From positions 1 to 55,303 of the IMG/VR virus record IMGVR_UViG_3300006026_000017: a stretch of DNA of 55,303 nt, one strand, 5' to 3'. This DNA is from a virus. Lineage: Duplodnaviria > Caudoviricetes. How positions within the stretch are numbered: position 1 is the stretch's first letter; every line of letters begins with the position of its first letter. This document shows positions 8,185-17,156 of this stretch, one piece after another. The notes under the pieces were generated by a model. It saw nothing but the letters and a program-made list of their open reading frames with translations, was not told the DNA's origin and ran no database searches. The position numbers and the translations under genes are program-made.

Positions 8185-8374
8185 ATACACTTCTTGGGTT
8201 GATAACATGTCTGCTTCTGTAACTCCTGCCACTAATCCAGAACTATGGTATCAGTGGTATGAAATTGTGAAAGAAGATGCACCTAACATTCTTGATACAT
8301 TTATTGAGAATACTGCTGCCAAAATGGAACTGACTGTTGATTACTTTGTTGCGGAGTTCCTTCCTAATGACTGA
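8156..8374 (+). CDS. hypothetical protein; start uncertain
   Basis: ...AAKMELTVDYFVAEFL motif. Confidence 0.65.
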   Translation: MNHQLNLPSEYTSWVDNMSASVTPATNPELWYQWYEIVKEDAPNILDTFIENTAAKMELTVDYFVAEFLPND

Positions 8375-8558
8375 AGAAGTTGTACCCAAAAAGATTGAAG
8401 ATCCTATCTTCCGTTTGTTATCCGCAAAAGCACAAGTTGAAAACGTGATTAAACTGATTGAAGATAATCCCTATGAACAGTATATGTTTATGCATTTGAA
8501 TACTGTCAAATGGGAGTTGGATCGACAGTTGAAAAATATACAGATAACTAAAGAATGA
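8367..8558 (+). CDS. hypothetical protein (start moved from 8337)
   Basis: Overlap-coupled ATG 8367. Confidence 0.65.
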   Translation: MTEEVVPKKIEDPIFRLLSAKAQVENVIKLIEDNPYEQYMFMHLNTVKWELDRQLKNIQITKE

Positions 8559-8791
8559 AAAATCTCTACATTCTTGATTATTGGGTATCATTTCCTTCTT
8601 CCGAGTATGGTGGTTTGGTTACTCTCATTGCAGAAAATGATCAAGAAGCATTCGATATTCTTGCTGCTGAAGATCAATTAGACCCCGATAATGCTCATAT
8701 AGATAAACTTATGCCAAACATTATCAATGCCACCAAACTTAAGTTGGCAGATGAATATGAATCTGGTATAATAGACGCATTCATTACTTAA
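8555..8791 (+). CDS. hypothetical protein
   Basis: LYILDYWV.FPSSEYGG motif; ATGA-coupled. Confidence 0.75.
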   Translation: MKNLYILDYWVSFPSSEYGGLVTLIAENDQEAFDILAAEDQLDPDNAHIDKLMPNIINATKLKLADEYESGIIDAFIT

Positions 8792-8794
8792 CTT

Positions 8795-8947
8795 ATGGAA
8801 CCAAAATATCGAATCGAAGAAGAACTTACTGCAGGATTGAATCTTGTGGCAAGTGAACTAACAAAAGAAGAGTGTCAAAAAAAATATGATGAACTTTTAA
8901 ATATGGGTATTAGTCCTGACCGCATCAAAATCACTCGTGAATCCTGA
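8795..8947 (+). CDS. hypothetical protein, 50 aa (not in ORF track)
   Basis: MEPKYRIEEE...LTKEEC...GISPDRIKITRES*. Confidence 0.65.
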   Translation: MEPKYRIEEELTAGLNLVASELTKEECQKKYDELLNMGISPDRIKITRES

Positions 8948-9242
8948 ATTTCCACCCAATTTTCCTCATGAACCTCCTCAAGGATACAGATACGAAATCG
9001 TTCCCAAAAACGCTTCTACTATTGCAATTTGGACTGTATGCAACCCTGGGTTTGTTTATAATGGTGGTAATGATGTTCGTTGTATCTGGGGATTCTACAA
9101 CTCAAAGAAACGATGCTACTATGCGCCTATTAACTCCACCAAGCAAGGTGATCAGGTAGACATTGACTCTACAACTCCCTATACGGCGATGCAACTCAAC
9201 TTAAATCCTTTAGAAAATGTCTTATATTCCAAAAATAAATGA
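8937..9242 (+). CDS. hypothetical protein
   Basis: GTG start; CIWGFYN...APINS...TTPYTAM. Confidence 0.7.
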   Translation: MNPEFPPNFPHEPPQGYRYEIVPKNASTIAIWTVCNPGFVYNGGNDVRCIWGFYNSKKRCYYAPINSTKQGDQVDIDSTTPYTAMQLNLNPLENVLYSKNK

Positions 9243-9453
9243 TTATGTAATATGGAAAGACTCCCTTGGTAACATTACTGAGGGATGGATTTATTTTGTG
9301 GGCCAAGAATATATAACTATTGAGATAGGTGTTAAATGTAAGGATGATGAAAATATTAAACACTGTCCATTGCATAAAAAAACACATTGTCTAGTTGTTT
9401 GTCACAATTGGTATTGGGATCAATTAAAATATATTAAATCTAGAGATGAATAA
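9217..9453 (+). CDS. hypothetical protein
   Basis: YIPKINDYVIW...EGWIYF...YITIEIG. Confidence 0.7.
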   Translation: MSYIPKINDYVIWKDSLGNITEGWIYFVGQEYITIEIGVKCKDDENIKHCPLHKKTHCLVVCHNWYWDQLKYIKSRDE

Positions 9454-10097
9454 TGAATATGTATTATGCTAAATCTTTGTTTCCAATACACATATTTCAA
9501 AACAACATAAAAAATAATCATATCCTTCAGGACGAACTTTTAGAAAAGATTGAGAATATGCATCAATCTGGAAAAATGAAAGTTCCAGATGGATGGTTAA
9601 CATCTAACCTATCTACATCATTTAGTTATTTTGATGAAAATAAATCTCTGTTTAATGAAACTCAAACGTTAGAGACATATTATGATTACGTTTCTAAATT
9701 TTTTGATTTAGAAACTGAATTTTCAATTTTTGCCATGTGGTGGAATTATTATTCCAACGGAGAATGGCAAGAACAACATACACATGTCTCTAAAAGTATT
9801 TTTGGATATCCGCCAACTTTTTCTTGTGTGCATTTTTTAAAATTTAATCCAGAAATACATGAACCGCTCATATTTGTTGATCCAAATGAGCATCTGAGAT
9901 ATTCATCTCTTGATATGGAATTTACTGGATATAATAACAGATATAAATTAAACGTAAGGGAAGGAGATCTTGTAATGTTCCCTTCATATTTGACACATTA
10001 TGTCAGACCAGGAAAACCAACTCCTGAATATCCTAGAATCACAATTGCCTTTAATTTAATACTTCAAAAATATGGAACACTCACACCAAACAATTGA
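9453..10097 (+). CDS. 2OG-Fe(II) oxygenase superfamily protein (HxH type)
   Basis: QEQHTH...EGDLVMFPSYLTHYV...RITIAFN. Confidence 0.85.
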   Translation: MNMYYAKSLFPIHIFQNNIKNNHILQDELLEKIENMHQSGKMKVPDGWLTSNLSTSFSYFDENKSLFNETQTLETYYDYVSKFFDLETEFSIFAMWWNYYSNGEWQEQHTHVSKSIFGYPPTFSCVHFLKFNPEIHEPLIFVDPNEHLRYSSLDMEFTGYNNRYKLNVREGDLVMFPSYLTHYVRPGKPTPEYPRITIAFNLILQKYGTLTPNN

Positions 10098-10584
10098 TCT
10101 CTCGTTTTCGGATAATTTCCTCTCAAAAGAGGAGCACGAAATTATCTATGATTATTGTATCAAAAATGGGAGTTATACTTTTGGAGAAAGGGATCATGGA
10201 GATAGTGTTCCTTGTGGATTTGTGCATCAAATTCCAGAAACTCATCTTGTTTATAAAATCTTAGATAATATTTTACGCGAACGTGTAGAATTTATTCGCG
10301 ATATGAAATTGTCTAGGATGTATATAAATTGTTTTGCTCCAAGAGAGAATGGATATTTCCATACTGATGGCAATTTTATTACATTTTTATATTATCCAAA
10401 TTTAGAGCAGTATGATATTGATGAGGGAGGAGAAACAAAGTTTTTGGTAAATGACAATATTCAAGGTATTTTGCCTATACCAAATCGAATGGTGATATTT
10501 GATGGAAATATTAAACATTCGGCAACCGGTTTTCGAAATCACCATCGTTTTACTGTTGCAATCAAATATAAATATTCTTCATGA
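10072..10584 (+). CDS. 2OG-Fe(II) oxygenase, prolyl-hydroxylase-like
   Basis: FHTD...GGET.F...PNRMVIFDG.IKHSA...RFTVAIK. Confidence 0.85.
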   Translation: MEHSHQTIDLSFSDNFLSKEEHEIIYDYCIKNGSYTFGERDHGDSVPCGFVHQIPETHLVYKILDNILRERVEFIRDMKLSRMYINCFAPRENGYFHTDGNFITFLYYPNLEQYDIDEGGETKFLVNDNIQGILPIPNRMVIFDGNIKHSATGFRNHHRFTVAIKYKYSS

Positions 10585-10590
10585 CAGATC

Positions 10591-10596
10591 TAAATA
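10591..10596 (+). promoter_or_regulatory. T4-type late promoter
   Basis: TAAATA 20 nt before the adhesin-like ATG. Confidence 0.7.
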
Positions 10597-10616
10597 TAAA
10601 AAAGAGACCTTGATAA

Positions 10617-13220
10617 ATGGCAATTTCTACTAATAAAACAGAAATATATGCGGAAGGTACAACTGATATTAGTTGGACTAGGTTTCAGACTAACTTAGGG
10701 GCACAAGAACCAACTAATATTAGATTTGGAGTTTATAAAAGAGATACATCAGATGCGGAACAACCATTAGTTCCTGATGCTATTGAAAATGAAAATATTG
10801 GTACAGAAGAATCTGGTAATCTTCGTGTTGGTGCTTTTCGTGGTGCAATTAAGGATCATACTGTAACTTTTGACAATGCTTCTGAATATGAAAACGTACA
10901 ATTTGACAAATATTTTGGTTCAAATTTAGTTAAAAATGTGCCAAAAAATCTTAATGTTGATGGCATTATCTATTCCAATAAAATTAACAAACCTGCTGCA
11001 AGAATAGATGTCGAAGAATCTGTTCGTAATTTCACCATTGATGTTGGAACATCTGGTGCAATTTATGGTGCTGGTGGACCTTCGTATCAGGGTCTTGACA
11101 ACTTTGATGGTTCTATTGGAGTTGTAGATGCTGCCATTAGCGAAAATCCTGCATGTGATGGTGCTATTTTGTATGGATGGTATACTAGAACTACAAATGC
11201 ATCAACAAACGGAACATCAAATATTAATCAACTTGTAATCATTTGGAATGGTGAAGTTGTATATAATGAACCTGGTAGTAACGTTAGTTTAACAACTGAT
11301 GATGGAACAGCATATTCAAATTGGGCAGATGGTGTAGATGCTTCTGGATGGTCTGCAAGTGATCTTTCCACTTATATGTTTGATGGTAATTTGAATACTT
11401 TTGCAAAAGCAGAAACTAGTAATACGGATTTCTTAGGATGGAGTAATTCGGGCACAAATCTTCCTGCACTTCAAGGTCCTGTAGAAATTTACATAAAATA
11501 TGCGGATTTTGCAAACTATTCATATGAAGTAAATGGATCAGGTGTTACGCCAACATTATATTCATCTCCGGCAGGGGAAGCTGACTGGCTTACTATTTCT
11601 GAAGGAACTGTCAATAGTTTTAGAGTGACAGCTCCAGCAAGTAATATTAATATTCAAATTGCTGCTATAAGATCAAATGGAGTTATATTAACTCCAACTG
11701 CATTATATGGTGGATCTGGAGTTAGTGGAGTTACAATTAATGGATATATATACAGTCCTTTAAGTCATTTTAATAGTACTAATGGATGGCATAAAGATGG
11801 TACAACATGTGGAACTGCTGATGGGAGTAATAGTGAGTTTGTAAATGGTTTTAATGTGGGCAGAAAACGACTGTCTAATGTTGATACATCAGCATATTCG
11901 ACATGGGCAGATGGTGTTCAAGCTTCTGGATGGTTTGCAAGTGATCTTTCCACTTATATGTTTGATGGAAATTTAAATAGGTTCTCAAAAGCAGAAACTA
12001 GTAATATAGATTACTTAGGATGGGACAACTCAGGTACAGGTCTTGCGACACTTCAAGGTCCTGTCGAAATTTACATAGCATATGCAAATGTTGGAAATTA
12101 CACTTATCAGGTAAATGGAGCATCTGTGACTCCAGATACAACAGGAGCACCAGATGCTGGTGCTTGGATTACTCTTTCGACAGGAAGCGTTAATAGTTTT
12201 AGAGTTACAGCTCCAGCAAGTAATATTAATGTTCAAATTGCTGCTGTAAGATCGAATGGAGTTATATTACTACATGCAAATCCACCATCTACTCAAATTG
12301 AAGGAATTTCTGGAGGAACGGCACTTTATGTTGATTCCGACTCAAATTCTCGTAATTTTAAGATTAGTTTAGAATCTTCTGGTGGTTCATTTGGTAAATT
12401 ATATGGTGGCGGTGGTGGTGGTATTACCGGCAATTCTGGTACTTCAGCATCAAGATCCAGTTGCGTAAGAAATCAAGATAATAGTTACAATTATGTACAA
12501 CCCCGAACATGTACTGGGTCATATACCAATCCACCTCAATATGGAAATACAAATACCCCTGCAACTGTTCGACGTTATCAACATACTCTAGGTCCTGGCG
12601 GTAGAAATGCCAACGAAGGTGAAAGAGAACAATCCAGATGGTGGGATCAGAGAGCAGAAAATCATTGTAGAACAGTTTATGGAGGAAATCATTATGGAGG
12701 GCATCCAGGACCTGGCGCAAATGGGCATAATGATTGGGATCCATATGTTCGTGCTGGTCACCCCTGGTGGGTAGAAGGTGCCTGGATACATTATTGTAAT
12801 TTTCCTGGATTCTCAAATCCAACTTATCCTGGAAATACTGTTTATTACAACTATTCTTGTCCTGCAAATATCTATGTGCCAGGAAGTCGTAGTTTTTCTG
12901 GTAGTATTACAAGTCCTGGCGGACTTGGTGGAATTGGAGGAAAAGGTCAAGGATATCAACGTTCATTTGAATCTGGAACAGCAGGTGGAACACCATCACC
13001 AGTTAGTTGTAGTTCATTAGGTTCACTTTGGAGTGGACCTTCTGTAACGGGAAGTACTGGATCACCTGGAACATCTGGTGGAAACTGGGGAGAACCAGGC
13101 ACAAGTTCTGATGTTGCGACTGGTGGATTAGCAGGATATTCGTATAAGAAATCAGAATCACAGATTGATATTGAAGTTATTGGTGGTGATGATAGTCGAT
13201 TAAAGGGAAGAAATAACTGA
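10617..13220 (+). CDS. glycine-rich virion fibre/adhesin-like protein with internal domain duplication
   Basis: Late promoter; IYGAGG, LYGGGGGG, GGLGGIGGKGQGY, GGNWGEPG and GGLAG motifs recalling T-even gp38-type adhesins. Confidence 0.7.
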   Translation: MAISTNKTEIYAEGTTDISWTRFQTNLGAQEPTNIRFGVYKRDTSDAEQPLVPDAIENENIGTEESGNLRVGAFRGAIKDHTVTFDNASEYENVQFDKYFGSNLVKNVPKNLNVDGIIYSNKINKPAARIDVEESVRNFTIDVGTSGAIYGAGGPSYQGLDNFDGSIGVVDAAISENPACDGAILYGWYTRTTNASTNGTSNINQLVIIWNGEVVYNEPGSNVSLTTDDGTAYSNWADGVDASGWSASDLSTYMFDGNLNTFAKAETSNTDFLGWSNSGTNLPALQGPVEIYIKYADFANYSYEVNGSGVTPTLYSSPAGEADWLTISEGTVNSFRVTAPASNINIQIAAIRSNGVILTPTALYGGSGVSGVTINGYIYSPLSHFNSTNGWHKDGTTCGTADGSNSEFVNGFNVGRKRLSNVDTSAYSTWADGVQASGWFASDLSTYMFDGNLNRFSKAETSNIDYLGWDNSGTGLATLQGPVEIYIAYANVGNYTYQVNGASVTPDTTGAPDAGAWITLSTGSVNSFRVTAPASNINVQIAAVRSNGVILLHANPPSTQIEGISGGTALYVDSDSNSRNFKISLESSGGSFGKLYGGGGGGITGNSGTSASRSSCVRNQDNSYNYVQPRTCTGSYTNPPQYGNTNTPATVRRYQHTLGPGGRNANEGEREQSRWWDQRAENHCRTVYGGNHYGGHPGPGANGHNDWDPYVRAGHPWWVEGAWIHYCNFPGFSNPTYPGNTVYYNYSCPANIYVPGSRSFSGSITSPGGLGGIGGKGQGYQRSFESGTAGGTPSPVSCSSLGSLWSGPSVTGSTGSPGTSGGNWGEPGTSSDVATGGLAGYSYKKSESQIDIEVIGGDDSRLKGRNN
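11308..12269 (+). repeat. two diverged ~380 bp direct repeats (11308-11690 and 11890-12269)
   Basis: Both encode AYS.WADGV.ASGW.ASDLSTYMFDGNLN...VNSFRVTAPASNIN.QIAA.RSNGVIL. Confidence 0.95.
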
Positions 13221-13256
13221 TATAAATTATTTTAGATTATCTATTTTTAAGAAAGC

Positions 13257-13697
13257 ATGATGGAAGTTGATGAAGAATTTACGTTTGCTTTTGCCGCATA
13301 TCTTTTAAATTATGGTGAGGGTCTGGAAGCAAGTGAAAAGGAAATTAAGAGAAGATTGGAAATTTGTCAAACGTGTGACAAATTTCAAGCACTTCCTCCA
13401 CCAAATGAAGACGAAAAAGAGTCTCTTATGAAAAAATTTGGAAAAACAGAACCATTTCATGCGTGTACATTGTGTGGATGTTTATTGGAGGCAAAGGTCC
13501 GAACATTTTTTGATAGATGTCCTATAATGAAGTGGTATCCTGCGATTATTGACGAACAAGAATGTGAAAGAGAACAGTGGAAGAAACATCATGAAAAGTT
13601 TGTGAGATTATATAATCAAAAGGCAAACGATTATGTGCAGTGGTGGGCAAAACGTGATATAATTGAAGAAGAATTATCTGGTGATAAAGATGAGTAA
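13257..13697 (+). CDS. Cys-rich putative metal-binding protein (DUF6171-like)
   Basis: RLEICQTC...CTLCGC.L..K......CPIMKW. Confidence 0.75.
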   Translation: MMEVDEEFTFAFAAYLLNYGEGLEASEKEIKRRLEICQTCDKFQALPPPNEDEKESLMKKFGKTEPFHACTLCGCLLEAKVRTFFDRCPIMKWYPAIIDEQECEREQWKKHHEKFVRLYNQKANDYVQWWAKRDIIEEELSGDKDE

Positions 13698-14298
13698 TAT
13701 GAGTGAAATGGTTAATAACCGTGGAGAGTACCAAGATTTTATAGGATCATATTCAAATTTTATTGATAGTTCTTTATGCAAGTATATTATTAAGACTTTT
13801 AATTATTATCAAAACATTGGTGCTGTCATGTGTGGTGGCGAACAATTTAAGAATACTTGTGCCGGGAGATTTGATTGGGCAATTGATTTAAATGAAATGC
13901 AGTCACATATGAAAGATCTTCATCCAGATTTTTTAAATGATCAATTATCAAATGCATGGAATGAATATAGTACTATTTTTGGTAATTTAAGAGATAATGG
14001 ACCAGTTTATAGTTTAACTCAAAAGGTTCAAAAGACTCCAACTGGTGGGGGTTATCATGTTTGGCACGATGAGAATAGTTCTATGATTACTGGTAATCGT
14101 GTGGCAGTATGGATGTTGTATTTGAATGATGATTATGAAGGTGGAGAGACTGAGTTTTTATATTATAAGAAAAGAATACAACCTGAACGCGGAAAGTTAT
14201 TAATTTGGCCAGCAGGTTATACTCATTGTCATAAAGGCAATATGGTACTTTCTGGAACTAAGTATGTTATTACGGGGTGGTTTTATGGAGCAAAATAG
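13690..14298 (+). CDS. 2OG-Fe(II) oxygenase, prolyl 4-hydroxylase-like
   Basis: GYHVWHDE...YLNDDYEGGETEF...WPAGYTHCHKG...KYVITGW. Confidence 0.9.
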   Translation: MSNMSEMVNNRGEYQDFIGSYSNFIDSSLCKYIIKTFNYYQNIGAVMCGGEQFKNTCAGRFDWAIDLNEMQSHMKDLHPDFLNDQLSNAWNEYSTIFGNLRDNGPVYSLTQKVQKTPTGGGYHVWHDENSSMITGNRVAVWMLYLNDDYEGGETEFLYYKKRIQPERGKLLIWPAGYTHCHKGNMVLSGTKYVITGWFYGAK

Positions 14299-14584
14299 AG
14301 AAGAATTTCCTTCATTACCTGAGCAAGGTAAAAATTTAACCAAGTTTATTGTTGAAGTTGTGAAGGATGTAGTTCCTAAAACTAAATCTAATTCTTCTGA
14401 TGAAATGAAGAAGTTGATCTTTACTTCAGCAGAGGAGCAACAACAAAGACTTAATATTTGTAATACTTGTCCATATTTTGCTGCACAAGAGAAAAGATGT
14501 AAGAAATGTGGTTGTTGGTTAACACATAAGGTTAAGTTTAAAATATCAGAATGTCCAATTTTAAAGTGGGGTAAAATCGAATGA
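14285..14584 (+). CDS. Cys-rich putative metal-binding protein (DUF6171-like)
   Basis: RLNICNTC...CKKCGC.L..K......CPILKW. Confidence 0.75.
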   Translation: MEQNREEFPSLPEQGKNLTKFIVEVVKDVVPKTKSNSSDEMKKLIFTSAEEQQQRLNICNTCPYFAAQEKRCKKCGCWLTHKVKFKISECPILKWGKIE

Positions 14585-15201
14585 CAAATCAAATTAATGA
14601 CGAATATATCTTTCCAATACCTTATTGGTGGATTGATATTACTGATATTGATAATGACAAGATGTTAGAAGCATGTTATGAGATAGAACGTAATGATCCA
14701 GGAAGAACTAGGTCAAATATTGGAGGATATCAAACAGTTGATTTATCTCATGATCATCCTGCATTTCGTGATTTATTAAATCATATACAATCGATTGCAG
14801 AGACTGTATATGAAAAAGCATATTTACCGTTTTGGAATTCTCCTTATAAGATTAGTATTGGTAATTACTGGTGTAACATCAATCGAAAACATGCTTTTAA
14901 TATGAATCATGTTCATCCAGGATCTTTTCTTTCTGGAGTATATTATGTAAAAGCAGATTCAGAATTAGATCAAGGTTCTATTACATTTCGTAGAGATCAT
15001 AATTGGGTAATGCAACATCGTAATTATTTTACAGATCCCAAAAAAAAGGGTGAATGTCCTGCATTTTTAGAAGAATGTGTAAGTTTACCTGCACGGACAG
15101 GAGCACTTTTATTATTTCCTTCATCTCTTCCTCATCACGTTGAACCAAATCAAACTGATGCTGATAGAGTTGCTATTTCTTTTAATATTGATTTAAAATG
15201 A
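14581..15201 (+). CDS. 2OG-Fe(II) oxygenase superfamily protein (HxH type, TIGR02466-like)
   Basis: RSNIGGYQ...NMNHVHPGSFLSGVYYV...FPSSLPHHVEPN...RVAISFN. Confidence 0.9.
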   Translation: MTNQINDEYIFPIPYWWIDITDIDNDKMLEACYEIERNDPGRTRSNIGGYQTVDLSHDHPAFRDLLNHIQSIAETVYEKAYLPFWNSPYKISIGNYWCNINRKHAFNMNHVHPGSFLSGVYYVKADSELDQGSITFRRDHNWVMQHRNYFTDPKKKGECPAFLEECVSLPARTGALLLFPSSLPHHVEPNQTDADRVAISFNIDLK

Positions 15202-16817
15202 AGATTAAACGTGTATGTATTGTTGGAGCAGGTTCATCTGGATGGATGGCAGCTGCTCTTTTAAGTAAGTTATGTCCACATTTAGAGATTGCAATTGTAG
15301 AGGATAAGAATACCAAATCAATTGGAGTTGGTGAGTCAACTCTTGGGCATTTCAATAGGTTTCTACAATTGTTGGAACTTAAGGATGAAGATTGGATGCC
15401 TGCTTGTCATGCCACATATAAGAATTCAATTCGTTTCACCAATTTTAGAGAGGGAAATGGAGAATCATTTGAGTATCCATTTTCTCGTAAATTTGATGAT
15501 AAATTTGCACCAAGTGGCATGACCACCTGGGGGCAATTAGCACTTCTTGATCCTCATAACTTTGGTCCTGAAACATTTGCAGAAATGTTCACGGACAATA
15601 CTTTTCTTGCAAAGTATAATCGCTGTACTTATAATCAAGATGGGCGACTTCGTTCTTTTTATTTTAAGTATGATACTGCATATCATTTGGATGCAGATTT
15701 ATTTGGACAGTATTTAAAGAATAAGGTTGCTATTCCTCATGGTGTAAATGTTATTCAAGGGCATGTAACTGGATGTCAATCTGTAAGCACATCTGATTCA
15801 ACTCTTGAATATATTGTTCTTGATTATGAAAGGAAAGTATATGCTGATCTGTATATTGACTGTACTGGATTTAAATCTGAAATCTTAGAAAAGTTTGCTT
15901 CATCGCAATTTATATCTTATGATAAGAGGTTGTTAAATGATAGTGCTTTTGCCACTCAAATTCCTTATGTGAATAAGGAAGAGGAAATGCGTAATGTGAC
16001 TGACTGTCATGCTATGAACAATGGATGGGTTTGGAATATTCCTCTTTGGAATCGTATTGGTACAGGTTATTGCTATTCATCTAAATTTTGTACACGGGAT
16101 GAAGCAGAAGTAGAGTTTCGTAAACATTTAGGTGAACGTGGTAAGAATGCTAAACTGTCTCATATTAATATTAAACATGGTAGGCATACTGAAGCATGGA
16201 AATATAATGTAGTTGGTATTGGATTAGCATATGGATTCTTAGAACCTCTTGAATCGACTGGTTTATTGACAACACATGAAAATCTTATTCATCTTGCATA
16301 TACTCTAAACATGCGTGAAGGTTATATAACTCAGGTTGAAAGAGATAATTATAATTGTGTTGTATCAGAGGAAATTGATCATCTTAGTGACTTTATTGCA
16401 ATTCATTATGCTTTCTCAAAGAGAACTGATACACCCTATTGGAAAGAAGTTACACAGAATATTCATTATTATCCGACATCTACTAGTGAGTGGCAATTAA
16501 AATATGATAGTATTGTTAATTGGGGAAAGGATATGTATATAAATCATAGTTATCCTCACTCTGGAGTAGCATATATTGCTGCAGGGCATGGATTTAACCC
16601 AATTCCTTCTATTGATTTCTTACAATTTAATTTGAGTCGATTGGAATCTATGTGTGAGTTCATGGGGAAACCTAATCCTAGAACAAATAGTATTGAAGGA
16701 TTGAATGAACTTAAAGAACAATGGTTGATGTATCGTAGTGATGTGATAAGGTATGTTCAATCTCTACCAACACACTATCAGTTTCTGAAAGAGTACATTT
16801 ATAAGGGAGATTCATGA
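15198..16817 (+). CDS. flavin-dependent (tryptophan halogenase family) halogenase
   Basis: GAGSSG FAD motif, GVGEST, candidate catalytic Lys in YKNSIRF, IDCTGF, WVWNIP, FLEPLESTG. Confidence 0.92.
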   Translation: MKIKRVCIVGAGSSGWMAAALLSKLCPHLEIAIVEDKNTKSIGVGESTLGHFNRFLQLLELKDEDWMPACHATYKNSIRFTNFREGNGESFEYPFSRKFDDKFAPSGMTTWGQLALLDPHNFGPETFAEMFTDNTFLAKYNRCTYNQDGRLRSFYFKYDTAYHLDADLFGQYLKNKVAIPHGVNVIQGHVTGCQSVSTSDSTLEYIVLDYERKVYADLYIDCTGFKSEILEKFASSQFISYDKRLLNDSAFATQIPYVNKEEEMRNVTDCHAMNNGWVWNIPLWNRIGTGYCYSSKFCTRDEAEVEFRKHLGERGKNAKLSHINIKHGRHTEAWKYNVVGIGLAYGFLEPLESTGLLTTHENLIHLAYTLNMREGYITQVERDNYNCVVSEEIDHLSDFIAIHYAFSKRTDTPYWKEVTQNIHYYPTSTSEWQLKYDSIVNWGKDMYINHSYPHSGVAYIAAGHGFNPIPSIDFLQFNLSRLESMCEFMGKPNPRTNSIEGLNELKEQWLMYRSDVIRYVQSLPTHYQFLKEYIYKGDS

Positions 16818-16876
16818 AAAAAAGAGTTAAAATCACTAAAAATAGGTAAAAAAGTAATTAAAAAGGTATTTAAAAA
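16817..16876. other. six helically phased A-tracts (probable bent/AT-rich DNA)
   Basis: A4-7 runs start at 16817, 16829, 16838, 16848, 16860 and 16872. Confidence 0.7.
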
Positions 16877-16966
16877 CATATATTAGTGTTTTGTTTAATG
16901 AGAATCAATTGCAATAAGAGTTGAGAAATACTTGTAGAAACCCCTCCAGGTCTTGTGAGTTTAGCG

Positions 16967-16995
16967 AGCGTACTATGAAACGCGAAGTTTGTCAA
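16967..16995 (-). promoter_or_regulatory. leftward sigma70-type promoter with no downstream ORF
   Basis: Minus strand reads TTGACA-N17-TACGCT. Confidence 0.65.
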
Positions 16996-17047
16996 GTCAC
17001 GGGCGCGGCAAAATGCTACGAGATCCACACATTTCGTTACGAGATCT

Positions 17048-17055
17048 TATAAATA
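17048..17055 (+). promoter_or_regulatory. T4-type late promoter consensus
   Basis: TATAAATA. Confidence 0.55.
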
Positions 17056-17096
17056 ATCGTTATGAATCTCGACGAGATATATCAGGTATCATATAC

Positions 17097-17125
17097 TTGA
17101 CATCTCGTCGAGACATCAGTATAAT
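17097..17125 (+). promoter_or_regulatory. consensus sigma70 promoter with a palindrome in the spacer
   Basis: TTGACA-tctcgtcgagacatcag-TATAAT. Confidence 0.9.
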
Positions 17126-17156
17126 AACAACGTAACATCAAATCTCGACGAGAATC

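Noticed and set aside
11308-12269. Diversity-generating retroelement TR/VR pair
   Set aside because: Both copies are in frame within one gene, differences are not adenine-specific and include an indel, and no reverse transcriptase is present in the window.
17062-17100. 12 aa ORF (MNLDEIYQVSYT) after the late promoter
   Set aside because: Too short, no RBS, and the sequence is explained by the palindrome and promoter elements.
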